A stretch of DNA of 64,000 nucleotides from Clostridia bacterium. Its GTDB lineage: Bacteria; Bacillota; Clostridia; Oscillospirales; CAG-272. Each line of letters opens with the position of its first letter. The first letter of the stretch is position 1. Where the stretch lies: assembly GCA_017462795.1 (NCBI GenBank), contig JAFTQL010000015.1, positions 7,825 through 71,824 of the forward strand, read 5' to 3'. Position numbers and translations under genes: made by a program. Shown here one piece after another: positions 18,504 through 27,504 of this stretch. Under the pieces are notes generated by a model. It ran no database searches and was not told the origin of the DNA. It saw only the letters and a list, made by a program, of their open reading frames with translations.

Positions 18504-19243
18504 TGCTGAAGATCGAAAATCTTAATAAAATATATTTATGTAAAAAGGCGCTTTCTGATGTTAATTTGACATTTACGAGAGGGGAGATAGTGGGACTTTT
18601 CGGTGAGAACGGAGCCGGAAAGACTACGCTTATGAAGTGCATATTGGGGCTTCACGGATATACGGGGCAGATAACGCTTGACGGCGAGCCCATAACGAGA
18701 AAGAATATAGATAGGATATCCTTTGCCACAAGCGAGCATTCGTTTTTCCCCAATCTCACTCCGTGGGATCACAGGTGCTTTTACAAGGAGCATTTTCCGC
18801 ACTTTTCTGACAAGAGGTTTGAGGGGCTGATGAGGTTTTTCGGATTGCCAATGCGCTTTAAGCCGCTCCGCTCATTTTCAACGGGACAGAAGAATCAGTT
18901 TGAGGTGATACTTGCCCTTTGTCAGGGAGCGGATTACATTCTGATGGATGAGCCTTTTGCGGGAAATGATCTTTTTAACCGTGAGGATTTTTACAAGGTC
19001 CTGCTCGGTATACTTGAACCCGGGGAGACGGTGATACTGTCCACACATCTTATAGAGGAGGTGTCGGGCTTTATTGGGAGAGCGGTGATGATACACGAGG
19101 GTAAGATAGTTGGCGATGTTACGGCGGATGAGCTTGATGAGTCGGGAAAGTCTCTTGTTGCTTATGTTAAGGAGACCTATGGCTATCGCTCCGACAGGGT
19201 GAGCAGGGCGCTTGACGACATCGTGGGGGAGGATGGAGAATGA
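18503..19243 (+). CDS. ABC transporter ATP-binding protein
   Basis: GENGAGKTT, FSTGQKNQ, ILMDEPF, LSTH; ATG overlaps the upstream TAA. Confidence 0.9.
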   Translation: MLKIENLNKIYLCKKALSDVNLTFTRGEIVGLFGENGAGKTTLMKCILGLHGYTGQITLDGEPITRKNIDRISFATSEHSFFPNLTPWDHRCFYKEHFPHFSDKRFEGLMRFFGLPMRFKPLRSFSTGQKNQFEVILALCQGADYILMDEPFAGNDLFNREDFYKVLLGILEPGETVILSTHLIEEVSGFIGRAVMIHEGKIVGDVTADELDESGKSLVAYVKETYGYRSDRVSRALDDIVGEDGE

Positions 19244-20628
19244 AAAGATATATAGCTGTCTTTCTGGCTGTCCTTATCTCGGCGGTGGCGTGTCTGTGTG
19301 TTATCAGCGGAGATATCAGTGACGAAAAAGACAAAATAGAAATAACCGAGCGGACACTGTACGGCGACAGAGCCTTTGCCCTCGGAGCGGTGGTAGACGT
19401 GGCGACAAGATATGGCTACCATCTGTTCTGGAACACCCGCTACACTGTCGGAGAGACGGGAGTGAGTGAGACTGAATTTGATTTCTACGCGTCGGATAAA
19501 CGTGAGAACTCCGCTCCCGCTTACGGCGGTGTGTATATGTACACTGATCTGAATTTCTCCACCAATCTTGATACACCTACCGAACAGCTCAGCGGACTTT
19601 CAAAGGCTTACAGGGAGATATATGACGAGTGTCCCGAGGGGCAGTCGGTGACAAGGACTGTGTACCTGAAGGATTATTACGACTTCTATCCCCTCAATAT
19701 ACGCTTTGATCTTCCCGATATCTCGTGGACCAGCATTACGCACAGTGGGGATCAGCTTTACGTCAAGCAGAGATTTGAGGAATTTTTCAGTATTCCCGTG
19801 TCTGCGGATGACACTACTGTGCTTACCGTTGCCAGACAGCAATGGGGAAATGTGAGCGCCACCAGCGGACATAACGGCAGTAACTACGGAGTTGGAGCGA
19901 CAAGCGCCTATGCGGACGGAAGATGCTTTTTTGCTATAAACATCCGCGACTCTCTTGGCAACGCCGTGGATACGAGCCATATCCCGGGCGGTTACGGTAT
20001 TTATGCCTTTGATTTCGACCGCGGAATAGGCATGGAGGACACGGGCATTGACGCGGACTCCCTTTCCATGGTGTACTCACTTGACACCTCTGTGGCGGTG
20101 GATCGCATGTGGATGAGCGATGACGGTGAGCGTCTGCTCATACTTGCGACGGAGAAGGGAGACATTGTTTTTATCGCGGTCGATGTTGCCACCATGGAGA
20201 CCGTTTCAAGGCTCACTCTGGGTGCAAAGGATTATATGTACGCCTTTGAGCTTGATTGCGGAGTTGTGGTGAAATTTGAAAATCGTGTTGTGCTGATATG
20301 TGCCGATAATCAAGGGGAATACAGCATAAAGATAGATGCTGCTGATCTTGTGTCGTATGACGAAAATTACAATAATATACACTCGTCGGCATCCATGGAC
20401 TATGACGGCGAGAGGCTTGTGATAATGGACGCGTTGGGAGACCCTTTGCGGGGAGCGGACTACAAATGCAGCTTTTATATAGCCGTTTACGGCTGTGATG
20501 GACTGCTTTATTACGGAGAATATGAGCACAGTCTTGACAGGCACACGGGCGGAAGTTATGGTACTTCTTGTGTGCCAAATGATACCGAGGCGTTTAAGGT
20601 CAGCTGGAATCCGGGAGGTGCGGAATGA
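19240..20628 (+). CDS. exported or membrane-anchored hypothetical protein
   Basis: N-terminal hydrophobic signal; 462 aa, Tyr/Asp-rich; ATGA overlap with the ATPase gene. Confidence 0.7.
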   Translation: MKRYIAVFLAVLISAVACLCVISGDISDEKDKIEITERTLYGDRAFALGAVVDVATRYGYHLFWNTRYTVGETGVSETEFDFYASDKRENSAPAYGGVYMYTDLNFSTNLDTPTEQLSGLSKAYREIYDECPEGQSVTRTVYLKDYYDFYPLNIRFDLPDISWTSITHSGDQLYVKQRFEEFFSIPVSADDTTVLTVARQQWGNVSATSGHNGSNYGVGATSAYADGRCFFAINIRDSLGNAVDTSHIPGGYGIYAFDFDRGIGMEDTGIDADSLSMVYSLDTSVAVDRMWMSDDGERLLILATEKGDIVFIAVDVATMETVSRLTLGAKDYMYAFELDCGVVVKFENRVVLICADNQGEYSIKIDAADLVSYDENYNNIHSSASMDYDGERLVIMDALGDPLRGADYKCSFYIAVYGCDGLLYYGEYEHSLDRHTGGSYGTSCVPNDTEAFKVSWNPGGAE

Positions 20629-21074
20629 AAATGAAGAGAATGGTATGCGCGTTGCTGTGTGCAGCTCTTTCAGTTTGCCTTTTCGGGTGCGGGAAAAAGG
20701 CGGAGGTTCCCATTGAGGAGTATGTGTGGGCGCTGGAGAGCGCGCTGCAGCACTCACTCGACGGTCGGGTCATTGCCTGCTCGGAGGGATACGCTGAGGG
20801 GATAGACGACGAGGGAGTGCAGATACTCAGCTGTATAATGACGGCTTCGGACGGCAAATATTCCATTGTGGATAAGACGGATGATCTATCCTTTGCGGGG
20901 GAGTACGAGTTGTATGAGGCCGTGAAGGATTCAGCATCATATCATCTCACCACCAACAACGGTCACGGCGTAGCGATAACAGGAAAGGTCACATATGCCG
21001 ACGGTTCTCAGGCGAGGACGCTTATAGTTCGGTTTGGTGACTATACGCTGAATTTCTTTGAATTGTTGGCATAA
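20625..21074 (+). CDS. hypothetical lipoprotein
   Basis: Signal peptide with LFGC lipobox; GGAGGT SD; ATGA overlap. Confidence 0.7.
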   Translation: MKMKRMVCALLCAALSVCLFGCGKKAEVPIEEYVWALESALQHSLDGRVIACSEGYAEGIDDEGVQILSCIMTASDGKYSIVDKTDDLSFAGEYELYEAVKDSASYHLTTNNGHGVAITGKVTYADGSQARTLIVRFGDYTLNFFELLA

Positions 21075-21122
21075 TGCCTATTGGACGGAGACAATATTTG
21101 TGAAATATGTCATATTAGCTTT

Positions 21123-21163
21123 GCGGTGAAACTATTGAAAAAATCACCGCGCGGTGATATAAT
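21123..21163 (+). promoter_or_regulatory. sigma-A promoter with a perfect 16-bp operator palindrome in the spacer
   Basis: TTGAAA 21135-21140, 17 nt, TATAAT 21158-21163; ATCACCGCGCGGTGAT at 21143-21158; extra half-site GCGGTGA at 21123-21129. Confidence 0.75.
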
Positions 21164-21198
21164 TATGGAGTGTTACATTTACAACAGGAGACAGTCAT

Positions 21199-22383
21199 AT
21201 GTCGAAAAAGGATAAAAAAACGAAAAAGGGCTTTGGACAATATTTTTCTTTGGTCGTTTATCTGCTGACGGGAGCGGCTATCGGGTTTTATACCTCCTCT
21301 GTTATGAACTCTCCCGCAGGGGAGTCTATGGGGGTTGGGCAGAGGCTGCTTTGGTATGCCTCGCTTATCCTCTGTCTGTATGTCTGCATCTTTTTGCAGA
21401 TCATCGTCCACGAGGGCGGCCACCTGATCTTCGGTCTTGCGAGCGGATACAGGTTTTGCTCCTTCCGTGTCGCCTCCTTCATGCTCACAAGAGCTGAGGG
21501 CAAAGTGAAGCTGCGGCGACTCTCCCTTGCGGGGACGGGCGGGCAGTGCCTTATGTCGCCACCCGATATGAGGGACGGCAGGATACCTTATGTGCTCTAT
21601 AACCTCGGCGGCGTGCTTATGAACACGGTGTTCTCCGCCGCGGCAATGCTTTTGTTCTTGCTTTTGCCTCGCGTTCCGGTGCTGTCCACGGGGCTTGTGA
21701 TGTTCTCGCTTATGGGAGTGGCTATGGCGCTTACCAACGGCATACCGCTCCGCATGGGGGCTGTGGACAATGACGGATACAACGCCATGTCCCTCGGTAA
21801 GGACGAGGCGGCGCTGAGGGCTTTCTGGATGCAGCTAAGGGTGAGCGAGCAGAACTCACACGGTGTTCGCCTCAAGGATATGCCGCCCGAGTGGTTCACG
21901 CTTCCCACCATGGAGCAGATGCGCGGTAACAGCATGATAGCCACTGTCGGTGTGTTTGCCTGCAACCGTCTTATGGATGAGGGAAGGTATGCCGAGGCGG
22001 ACGCGCTGATGGCGGATATGATAGGTGGCGGAGCGGCAATGGTGGGCATACATAAAAGCCTGCTTATCTGCGACCGCATATGGTGCGAGCTTATGGGAGA
22101 GTGCAGGGTGCTCGCTGTGTCCGACATGCTTACAAAGGAGCAGCAGAATCTGATGAAGGCGATGAAAAAATTCCCCACGGTCATACGCACACGGTACGTC
22201 ATGGCTCTTCTTATGGAGGGCGACGCGGAGCGGGCAGAGAGCGAGGCGAAGCAATTTGAGGTCATGGCGCGCAGCTACCCCTATCCCTCTGACATAGAGA
22301 GCGAACGGGAGCTTATGAGAAGGGCAAGAGAGAGATACGCGGAGAAAATGGGAAATACCCACGGAGGAAGTGAGTCATTATGA
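21199..22383 (+). CDS. M50 family (site-2) membrane metallopeptidase
   Basis: HEGGH in a transmembrane context, NLGGVLMN, DNDG third ligand; helical C-terminal domain. Confidence 0.85.
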   Translation: MSKKDKKTKKGFGQYFSLVVYLLTGAAIGFYTSSVMNSPAGESMGVGQRLLWYASLILCLYVCIFLQIIVHEGGHLIFGLASGYRFCSFRVASFMLTRAEGKVKLRRLSLAGTGGQCLMSPPDMRDGRIPYVLYNLGGVLMNTVFSAAAMLLFLLLPRVPVLSTGLVMFSLMGVAMALTNGIPLRMGAVDNDGYNAMSLGKDEAALRAFWMQLRVSEQNSHGVRLKDMPPEWFTLPTMEQMRGNSMIATVGVFACNRLMDEGRYAEADALMADMIGGGAAMVGIHKSLLICDRIWCELMGECRVLAVSDMLTKEQQNLMKAMKKFPTVIRTRYVMALLMEGDAERAESEAKQFEVMARSYPYPSDIESERELMRRARERYAEKMGNTHGGSESL

Positions 22384-23270
22384 GACTTGAACTGAGAAAT
22401 ATAGAAAAGAGCTTTGGTGAGAAGCGTGTGCTTTCGGGTGTGTCGCTGACTGCCGAGGGCGGAAAGGCGTTTGGCCTTCTCGGACGTAACGGCGCGGGCA
22501 AGACCACGTCCATACGCATATTGATGAATGTTTTTCCAGCTGACAGCGGTGAGGTGCTTTTTGACGGAGCGCCAATTGACTACAAAAGGGTGCGCTTCGG
22601 CTACCTTCCCGAGGAGCGGGGGCTTTATCCGAAAAAGAAGATAATCGATCAGCTTGTGTATTTTGCCGAGCTGAAGGGCATGAGCCGCTCCGCGGCGGTG
22701 AAGTCGGTGGACTACTGGCTGTCGCGCCTTGGCATGGCAGAGTACAGGGGCAAGCGGCTTGACACGCTGTCAAAGGGAAATCAGCAAAAGATACAGCTGA
22801 TAACAGCTCTTGCCCACGACCCGCAGATAATCATACTTGATGAGCCCTTCTCCGGACTCGACCCCGTAAACGCCATGCTGCTCAAGGACGTGGTGAAGGA
22901 GGAGATAGCCAAGGGAAAGATAGTGCTGTTTTCCAGCCACCAGATGAATTACATTGAGGAGTTTTGCGACAGCATTGCCATACTGAACGGCGGCGGTGTG
23001 GCTCTTGCGGGCGAGCTTCACGATATAAAGCGAAACTACCCCCGCAACAGGCTTGTGGTGCGCTCGGAGTCGGCAGAGGCTATTGCCGCGCGGCTCGGCG
23101 AGGCATGCGCGCCTTTTGAGGACGGCGGGCTTATTGTCACTCTGCCGTCTCCCGAGGAGAAGGGAAGGGTGATGCGGGAGCTGACAGAGAACTATGACAT
23201 TGACGAGATAAAGGTCTTTGAACCGTCGTTGAACGACATTTTCGTTGAGTACGCGGGCGGCGGAATGTGA
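22380..23270 (+). CDS. ABC transporter ATP-binding protein (YhaQ/NatA-like)
   Basis: GRNGAGKTT, GYLPEERGLY, LSKGNQQK, LDEPFSGLDPVN, EPSLNDIF. Confidence 0.9.
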   Translation: MRLELRNIEKSFGEKRVLSGVSLTAEGGKAFGLLGRNGAGKTTSIRILMNVFPADSGEVLFDGAPIDYKRVRFGYLPEERGLYPKKKIIDQLVYFAELKGMSRSAAVKSVDYWLSRLGMAEYRGKRLDTLSKGNQQKIQLITALAHDPQIIILDEPFSGLDPVNAMLLKDVVKEEIAKGKIVLFSSHQMNYIEEFCDSIAILNGGGVALAGELHDIKRNYPRNRLVVRSESAEAIAARLGEACAPFEDGGLIVTLPSPEEKGRVMRELTENYDIDEIKVFEPSLNDIFVEYAGGGM

Positions 23271-23280
23271 GGTGCGCGAT

Positions 23281-24528
23281 ATGAAGCAATTCGGAAAAAT
23301 ACTTAAATTTGAATTGAAAAATTATATGAGCAACAAGGTGTTTGTGGGTGTCACGCTGTTTCTTGTGATAGCCATTGCCGTTGTCATGTTCTTTCCCCGA
23401 GTTATGGGCGCGTTTGAGGGGGATGATGTCGGCGGGGACGGTGCGGATGATGTACGCAGCTCTGTTATGCTGGTGTATTCCCCCGACACGGAGACGGGCG
23501 AGGCTGTGAAGACGGCGTTCCTTGCGGCATTCCCCGGGCATGACGTCCGCCTGTGTGAGAGCGAGGAGGCGCTACGCGGCAGCGTTGAGGCTGGGGAGAG
23601 CGAATGCGGCTTTGCCTTTGAGAGCCTTGTATCCTATACCTACTATGTGGGAAATCTTTCTATGTACGATACTAACACCGCCGTTGCCGACTCGGTTCTG
23701 ACGGACATGTATCGGACAGTCGCCATGGTGGGCGGCGGGATCTCGGCGGAGCAGGCGGCAGAGATAATGTCTGTGACCGTCAGCCACAGCACGCAGAGTC
23801 TCGGAAAGGATCAGATGCAGAATTTCTTCTACACCTACATCATGATCTTCGCGCTGTACATGGTCATTCTGCTTTACGGTCAGATGGTGGCGACCAACGT
23901 GGCGACAGAGAAGAGCTCGCGGGCTATGGAGGTGCTCATCACCAGCGCCGATCCTGTGAGCATGATGTTCGGAAAGGTGATCGCGTCCTGCCTTGCGGGG
24001 CTTATACAGCTTGTGGCGGTGTTCGGCTCTGCCCTGCTTTGCTTCAATCTCAACAGCTCCTATTGGGGTGAGGACGGTATAATGGCGTCAATATTCGACA
24101 TGCCTGTGGATCTCTTCCTTTACATGCTGGTGTTCTTCATCCTCGGATTTTTCATCTACGCCTTTATGTTCGGCGCGGTTGGCTCGACAGCCTCAAAGCT
24201 TGAGGACATCAATACCTCCGTAATGCCAATCACGCTGCTTTTCGTGATAGCGTTCGTGGTGGTGATGATGTCCATGTCTACGGGAGATGTTGACAGCATA
24301 CTTATGAAGGTGTGCTCCTACATTCCCTTTACCTCACCCATGGCGATGTTTACAAGGATAGCCATGAGCACGGTATCCCCCGTGGAGATAGCGATATCCG
24401 TGGGAGTGCTCGGGGTGTCGGTGATATTCGTGGGTGTATTCGCGGCTAAGATATACCGCGTGGGTGTGTTACTTTACGGCACAAAGCCGAGGCTCGGAGA
24501 TATATTGAAGGCTATAAGAAAGGCATGA
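23281..24528 (+). CDS. ABC transporter permease (YhaP/NatB-like)
   Basis: VATEKSSRAMEVL, MFGKVIA, IPFTSPMAMFTRI, KIYRVGVLLYG; GAGGTG SD before ATG 23281. Confidence 0.88.
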   Translation: MKQFGKILKFELKNYMSNKVFVGVTLFLVIAIAVVMFFPRVMGAFEGDDVGGDGADDVRSSVMLVYSPDTETGEAVKTAFLAAFPGHDVRLCESEEALRGSVEAGESECGFAFESLVSYTYYVGNLSMYDTNTAVADSVLTDMYRTVAMVGGGISAEQAAEIMSVTVSHSTQSLGKDQMQNFFYTYIMIFALYMVILLYGQMVATNVATEKSSRAMEVLITSADPVSMMFGKVIASCLAGLIQLVAVFGSALLCFNLNSSYWGEDGIMASIFDMPVDLFLYMLVFFILGFFIYAFMFGAVGSTASKLEDINTSVMPITLLFVIAFVVVMMSMSTGDVDSILMKVCSYIPFTSPMAMFTRIAMSTVSPVEIAISVGVLGVSVIFVGVFAAKIYRVGVLLYGTKPRLGDILKAIRKA

Positions 24529-24537
24529 GGCGGCAAT

Positions 24538-25011
24538 ATGAGACTTTACATCAAGCAAAGAGTTTTTACGTGGGGAGACAAATTCCACGTTTACAATGAG
24601 AACGGAAACGAGAAATATTATGTTGAGGGGGAGGTGTTCTCCTTTGGCAAGAAGCTGCATCTTTACGACATGTTCGGAAATGAGAGGGCGTTTATACATC
24701 AGAAGCCCTTTGCGTTTATGCCGAGGTATGTTATAAATTGCGGCGGCGAGGACGTTGCCGAGGTGGTCAAGCATTTTACCTTTTTCCATCAGGAATACAG
24801 TATTGAGGGGCTTGGCTGGACGGTTGAGGGGGACTTTTTCTCCCATGAGTTTTCGGTGTATTGCGATGGGTATGAGATAGCGAGCGTACACAAGGAATGG
24901 TTTACCTTCGGAGACGCTTACGCCATTGATATCGACATAAGTGTTGACGAGATCACCGCCCTTGCGGTGGTGCTGATAATCGACGCGGTGATAGAACAAA
25001 GCAGTAATTGA
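24538..25011 (+). CDS. LURP-one/Tubby C-terminal-like (scramblase) family protein
   Basis: LYIKQRVFTWGDKFHVY...VEGEVFSFGKKL...KEWFTFGDAYAIDI pattern. Confidence 0.8.
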   Translation: MRLYIKQRVFTWGDKFHVYNENGNEKYYVEGEVFSFGKKLHLYDMFGNERAFIHQKPFAFMPRYVINCGGEDVAEVVKHFTFFHQEYSIEGLGWTVEGDFFSHEFSVYCDGYEIASVHKEWFTFGDAYAIDIDISVDEITALAVVLIIDAVIEQSSN

Positions 25012-25242
25012 GTTTAGAATTTACAGCTTAGAGTTATGAATGGGCTTCGCCCATGTTATGGTGGCGGGGGCTTCTCTTTGAGTGGAGTTTAAGGGGATAT
25101 TGTATCTTAAATTCAATATGTCTGACAAATTTTTCTCAGATATGTAACCTTTACCGTCAAAAATCCGTGTATTAATAAAAAGGGTTATTTTTACATAAAA
25201 CAAAATCAACAACCAATCAAAAAACAAAGAAAGGAAAGAAAC

Positions 25243-27504
25243 ATGGCGCTACTTACACTTAAGGACATCGGAAAAATTTATGTTTCCGAGGGTAATGTCG
25301 CCGTTGGTATCAGAGGGGTGAATCTGTCCTTCGACCGCGGCGAATTTGTGGCAGTGACGGGTAAATCCGGCTCGGGTAAATCCACACTGCTCAATGTCAT
25401 CAGCGGTATGGACTCATATGAAGAGGGCGAGATGTATGTTGAGGGGCAGACCACCTCTCACTACCTCCAGCCCGAATGGGAGGAGTACAGACAGAAATAC
25501 ATCTCCTTTATCTTTCAGGATTACAACATAATCGAGAGCTTCACTGTTTTACAGAACGTGGAGCTGGCGCTTATGCACATCGAGGACAAAAAGGAGAGGC
25601 GGGAGCGCGCTCTGGAGCTGCTTCGCCGCGTTGGTCTGTCCTCTCACATAAAGCAGAAGGGAAGCAAGCTGTCGGGCGGTCAGAAGCAGAGGACGGTAAT
25701 TGCCCGCGCTCTCGCCAAGGACAGTCCCATAATCCTTGCCGACGAGCCCACGGGTAACCTTGATTCTGCCACATCCGCCGAGATAATCGAGCTTCTCAGG
25801 GAGGTATCCCGCGACAAGCTGCTTATTGTTGTCACCCACAACTTCGAGCAGGTGGAGAAGTGCGCCACAAGACATATACGTATATTTGACGGCGCGGTGG
25901 AGTCCGACCATGTTCTCAGCCGTCCCGAGACTGATGTCGAGCCGGTGGCGGCGGTGCGTCAAAGAAAGGAGCTGCCCGCAAAGAAGGCTGTCAGAAACGG
26001 TCTGACTCTCGGACGCACCATATTTACCGCAAAGCCAAAGCTGTCCTTCTTCCTTTGCATGCTTATGATAATAGGTACGTTGGGAGTCTTTCTTGTCACC
26101 TCGCTTCTCGGTGAGGCGGCACAGATGTTTGAGGACAACACAATGTTCACCCACATAGACGGGCGAGTGGTGGTCACCAACGGAAACGGAGAGGTTATCT
26201 CCCGTGAGCAACTTGACGAGATAGCCCGTAAGTACGGAGCCGAGGCGCAGCTTGCCCACGACGTACTTCTTGACATGGAGACCCATATAAATCTCGTTGA
26301 GTCCGAGGAATACAACCTGTGGTATGTAAACGCCCGCAACACCTACGGCGAGGATTTTGGAGACGACATCATAGGCAGGTATCCCGAGAAAGCGAACGAG
26401 GTGTTCCTGTATGTTCCCATTTCTTACAAGAATGTGTTTGGTGACGGCACGAGCGGCGGAGTGGAGTGCGCCACCATAAACTGGAATCACACCTTTGAGC
26501 TGGAGGTGGTCGGAGTCAAGTATTACTACGACAACAACATTCCCGCAAAGTGTCTGTTTACGGAGGAGGGCTTCCGCACAGCCACGGCGGTTTATTATCT
26601 GCAGAGCTATGATGTCAACATCCGCGTTGAGGTAATGGACGACAAGGGCGCTCAGGTGTATTCCATCGACTACTACAGCTTCTACCCATCCTTTGACCTT
26701 GAGGGCGGGGACGTGTATATATACGACTCCGAGTATTACAGATATCTCAAAACCTGGGGAGAGGATAATCTGAGCACCACCGTAAGCTTTACCTCCAGCT
26801 ACTACAACTATAACTACTATTATTATCAGTCCTCCGATACCTATGTTTTCAGCAGAATATTTGACGACGAGGATATCGTAAAGTCCGCTCCCGACGGTAC
26901 TTACAGTAACTATGAGCTTCTCATAAGCACCGACACGCTGTGCGAGATGGCGGAGGAGGTGCTGAGTGAGTCCTACTCTCAGGCGTCGCTGTTCTTTGCG
27001 AATGACAAGGAGGCTAGAGAGGCGGCTCGAGTCATGCGTGACGATGGCTATATCGCAGTTTCCTCTGACACCACCTATGTGCCCGACGCCTCCACCACCA
27101 TAATGAACCTTTTGCTGTACATTATGATGGCGTTTGTATGGCTGATGGCAATACTCTTCCTCGCCTTCTTTATCAACCTCTGCTCAAGCAGAGCGCTCAG
27201 CGCCTTCAAGAGCGACATGGCAATCATGCGCTCCATGGGTATCGGCGTGCGCGTGATACAGGTGAGCATGTATGTGCGTATGCTCATAGCCCTTATCCCC
27301 GCTTACATCACTGTGATAGCCGCGGCGCTCATTATCTTCCTCAACCCAACGCTCAACGGTTATTTTGTCTTCCTGTACCCGTGGCAGTACGCGCTTATAT
27401 TTGTGGGAATGCTCATCCTCACCGCGCGTATCACCTACAAGCAGGTGCGCAAGCTCTTCCGTGAGAGTGTCAAGAAATCCCTGAAAGGAGGCAACGCCGA
27501 ATGA
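25243..27504 (+). CDS. MacB/FtsX-like ABC ATPase-permease fusion
   Basis: GKSGSGKST, FIFQDYN, LSGGQKQR, LADEPTGNLD, VTHN; 1 TM, large extracytoplasmic domain, 3 TM with AIMRSMG. Confidence 0.88.
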   Translation: MALLTLKDIGKIYVSEGNVAVGIRGVNLSFDRGEFVAVTGKSGSGKSTLLNVISGMDSYEEGEMYVEGQTTSHYLQPEWEEYRQKYISFIFQDYNIIESFTVLQNVELALMHIEDKKERRERALELLRRVGLSSHIKQKGSKLSGGQKQRTVIARALAKDSPIILADEPTGNLDSATSAEIIELLREVSRDKLLIVVTHNFEQVEKCATRHIRIFDGAVESDHVLSRPETDVEPVAAVRQRKELPAKKAVRNGLTLGRTIFTAKPKLSFFLCMLMIIGTLGVFLVTSLLGEAAQMFEDNTMFTHIDGRVVVTNGNGEVISREQLDEIARKYGAEAQLAHDVLLDMETHINLVESEEYNLWYVNARNTYGEDFGDDIIGRYPEKANEVFLYVPISYKNVFGDGTSGGVECATINWNHTFELEVVGVKYYYDNNIPAKCLFTEEGFRTATAVYYLQSYDVNIRVEVMDDKGAQVYSIDYYSFYPSFDLEGGDVYIYDSEYYRYLKTWGEDNLSTTVSFTSSYYNYNYYYYQSSDTYVFSRIFDDEDIVKSAPDGTYSNYELLISTDTLCEMAEEVLSESYSQASLFFANDKEAREAARVMRDDGYIAVSSDTTYVPDASTTIMNLLLYIMMAFVWLMAILFLAFFINLCSSRALSAFKSDMAIMRSMGIGVRVIQVSMYVRMLIALIPAYITVIAAALIIFLNPTLNGYFVFLYPWQYALIFVGMLILTARITYKQVRKLFRESVKKSLKGGNAE

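Noticed and set aside
20867-20875. perfect DnaA box TGTGGATAA
   Set aside because: Isolated and inside a CDS; plausible by chance in 64 kb.
26790-26830. Tyr/Asn-codon run as a diversity-generating retroelement variable region
   Set aside because: No reverse transcriptase and no template repeat in the window; low-complexity coding sequence explains it.
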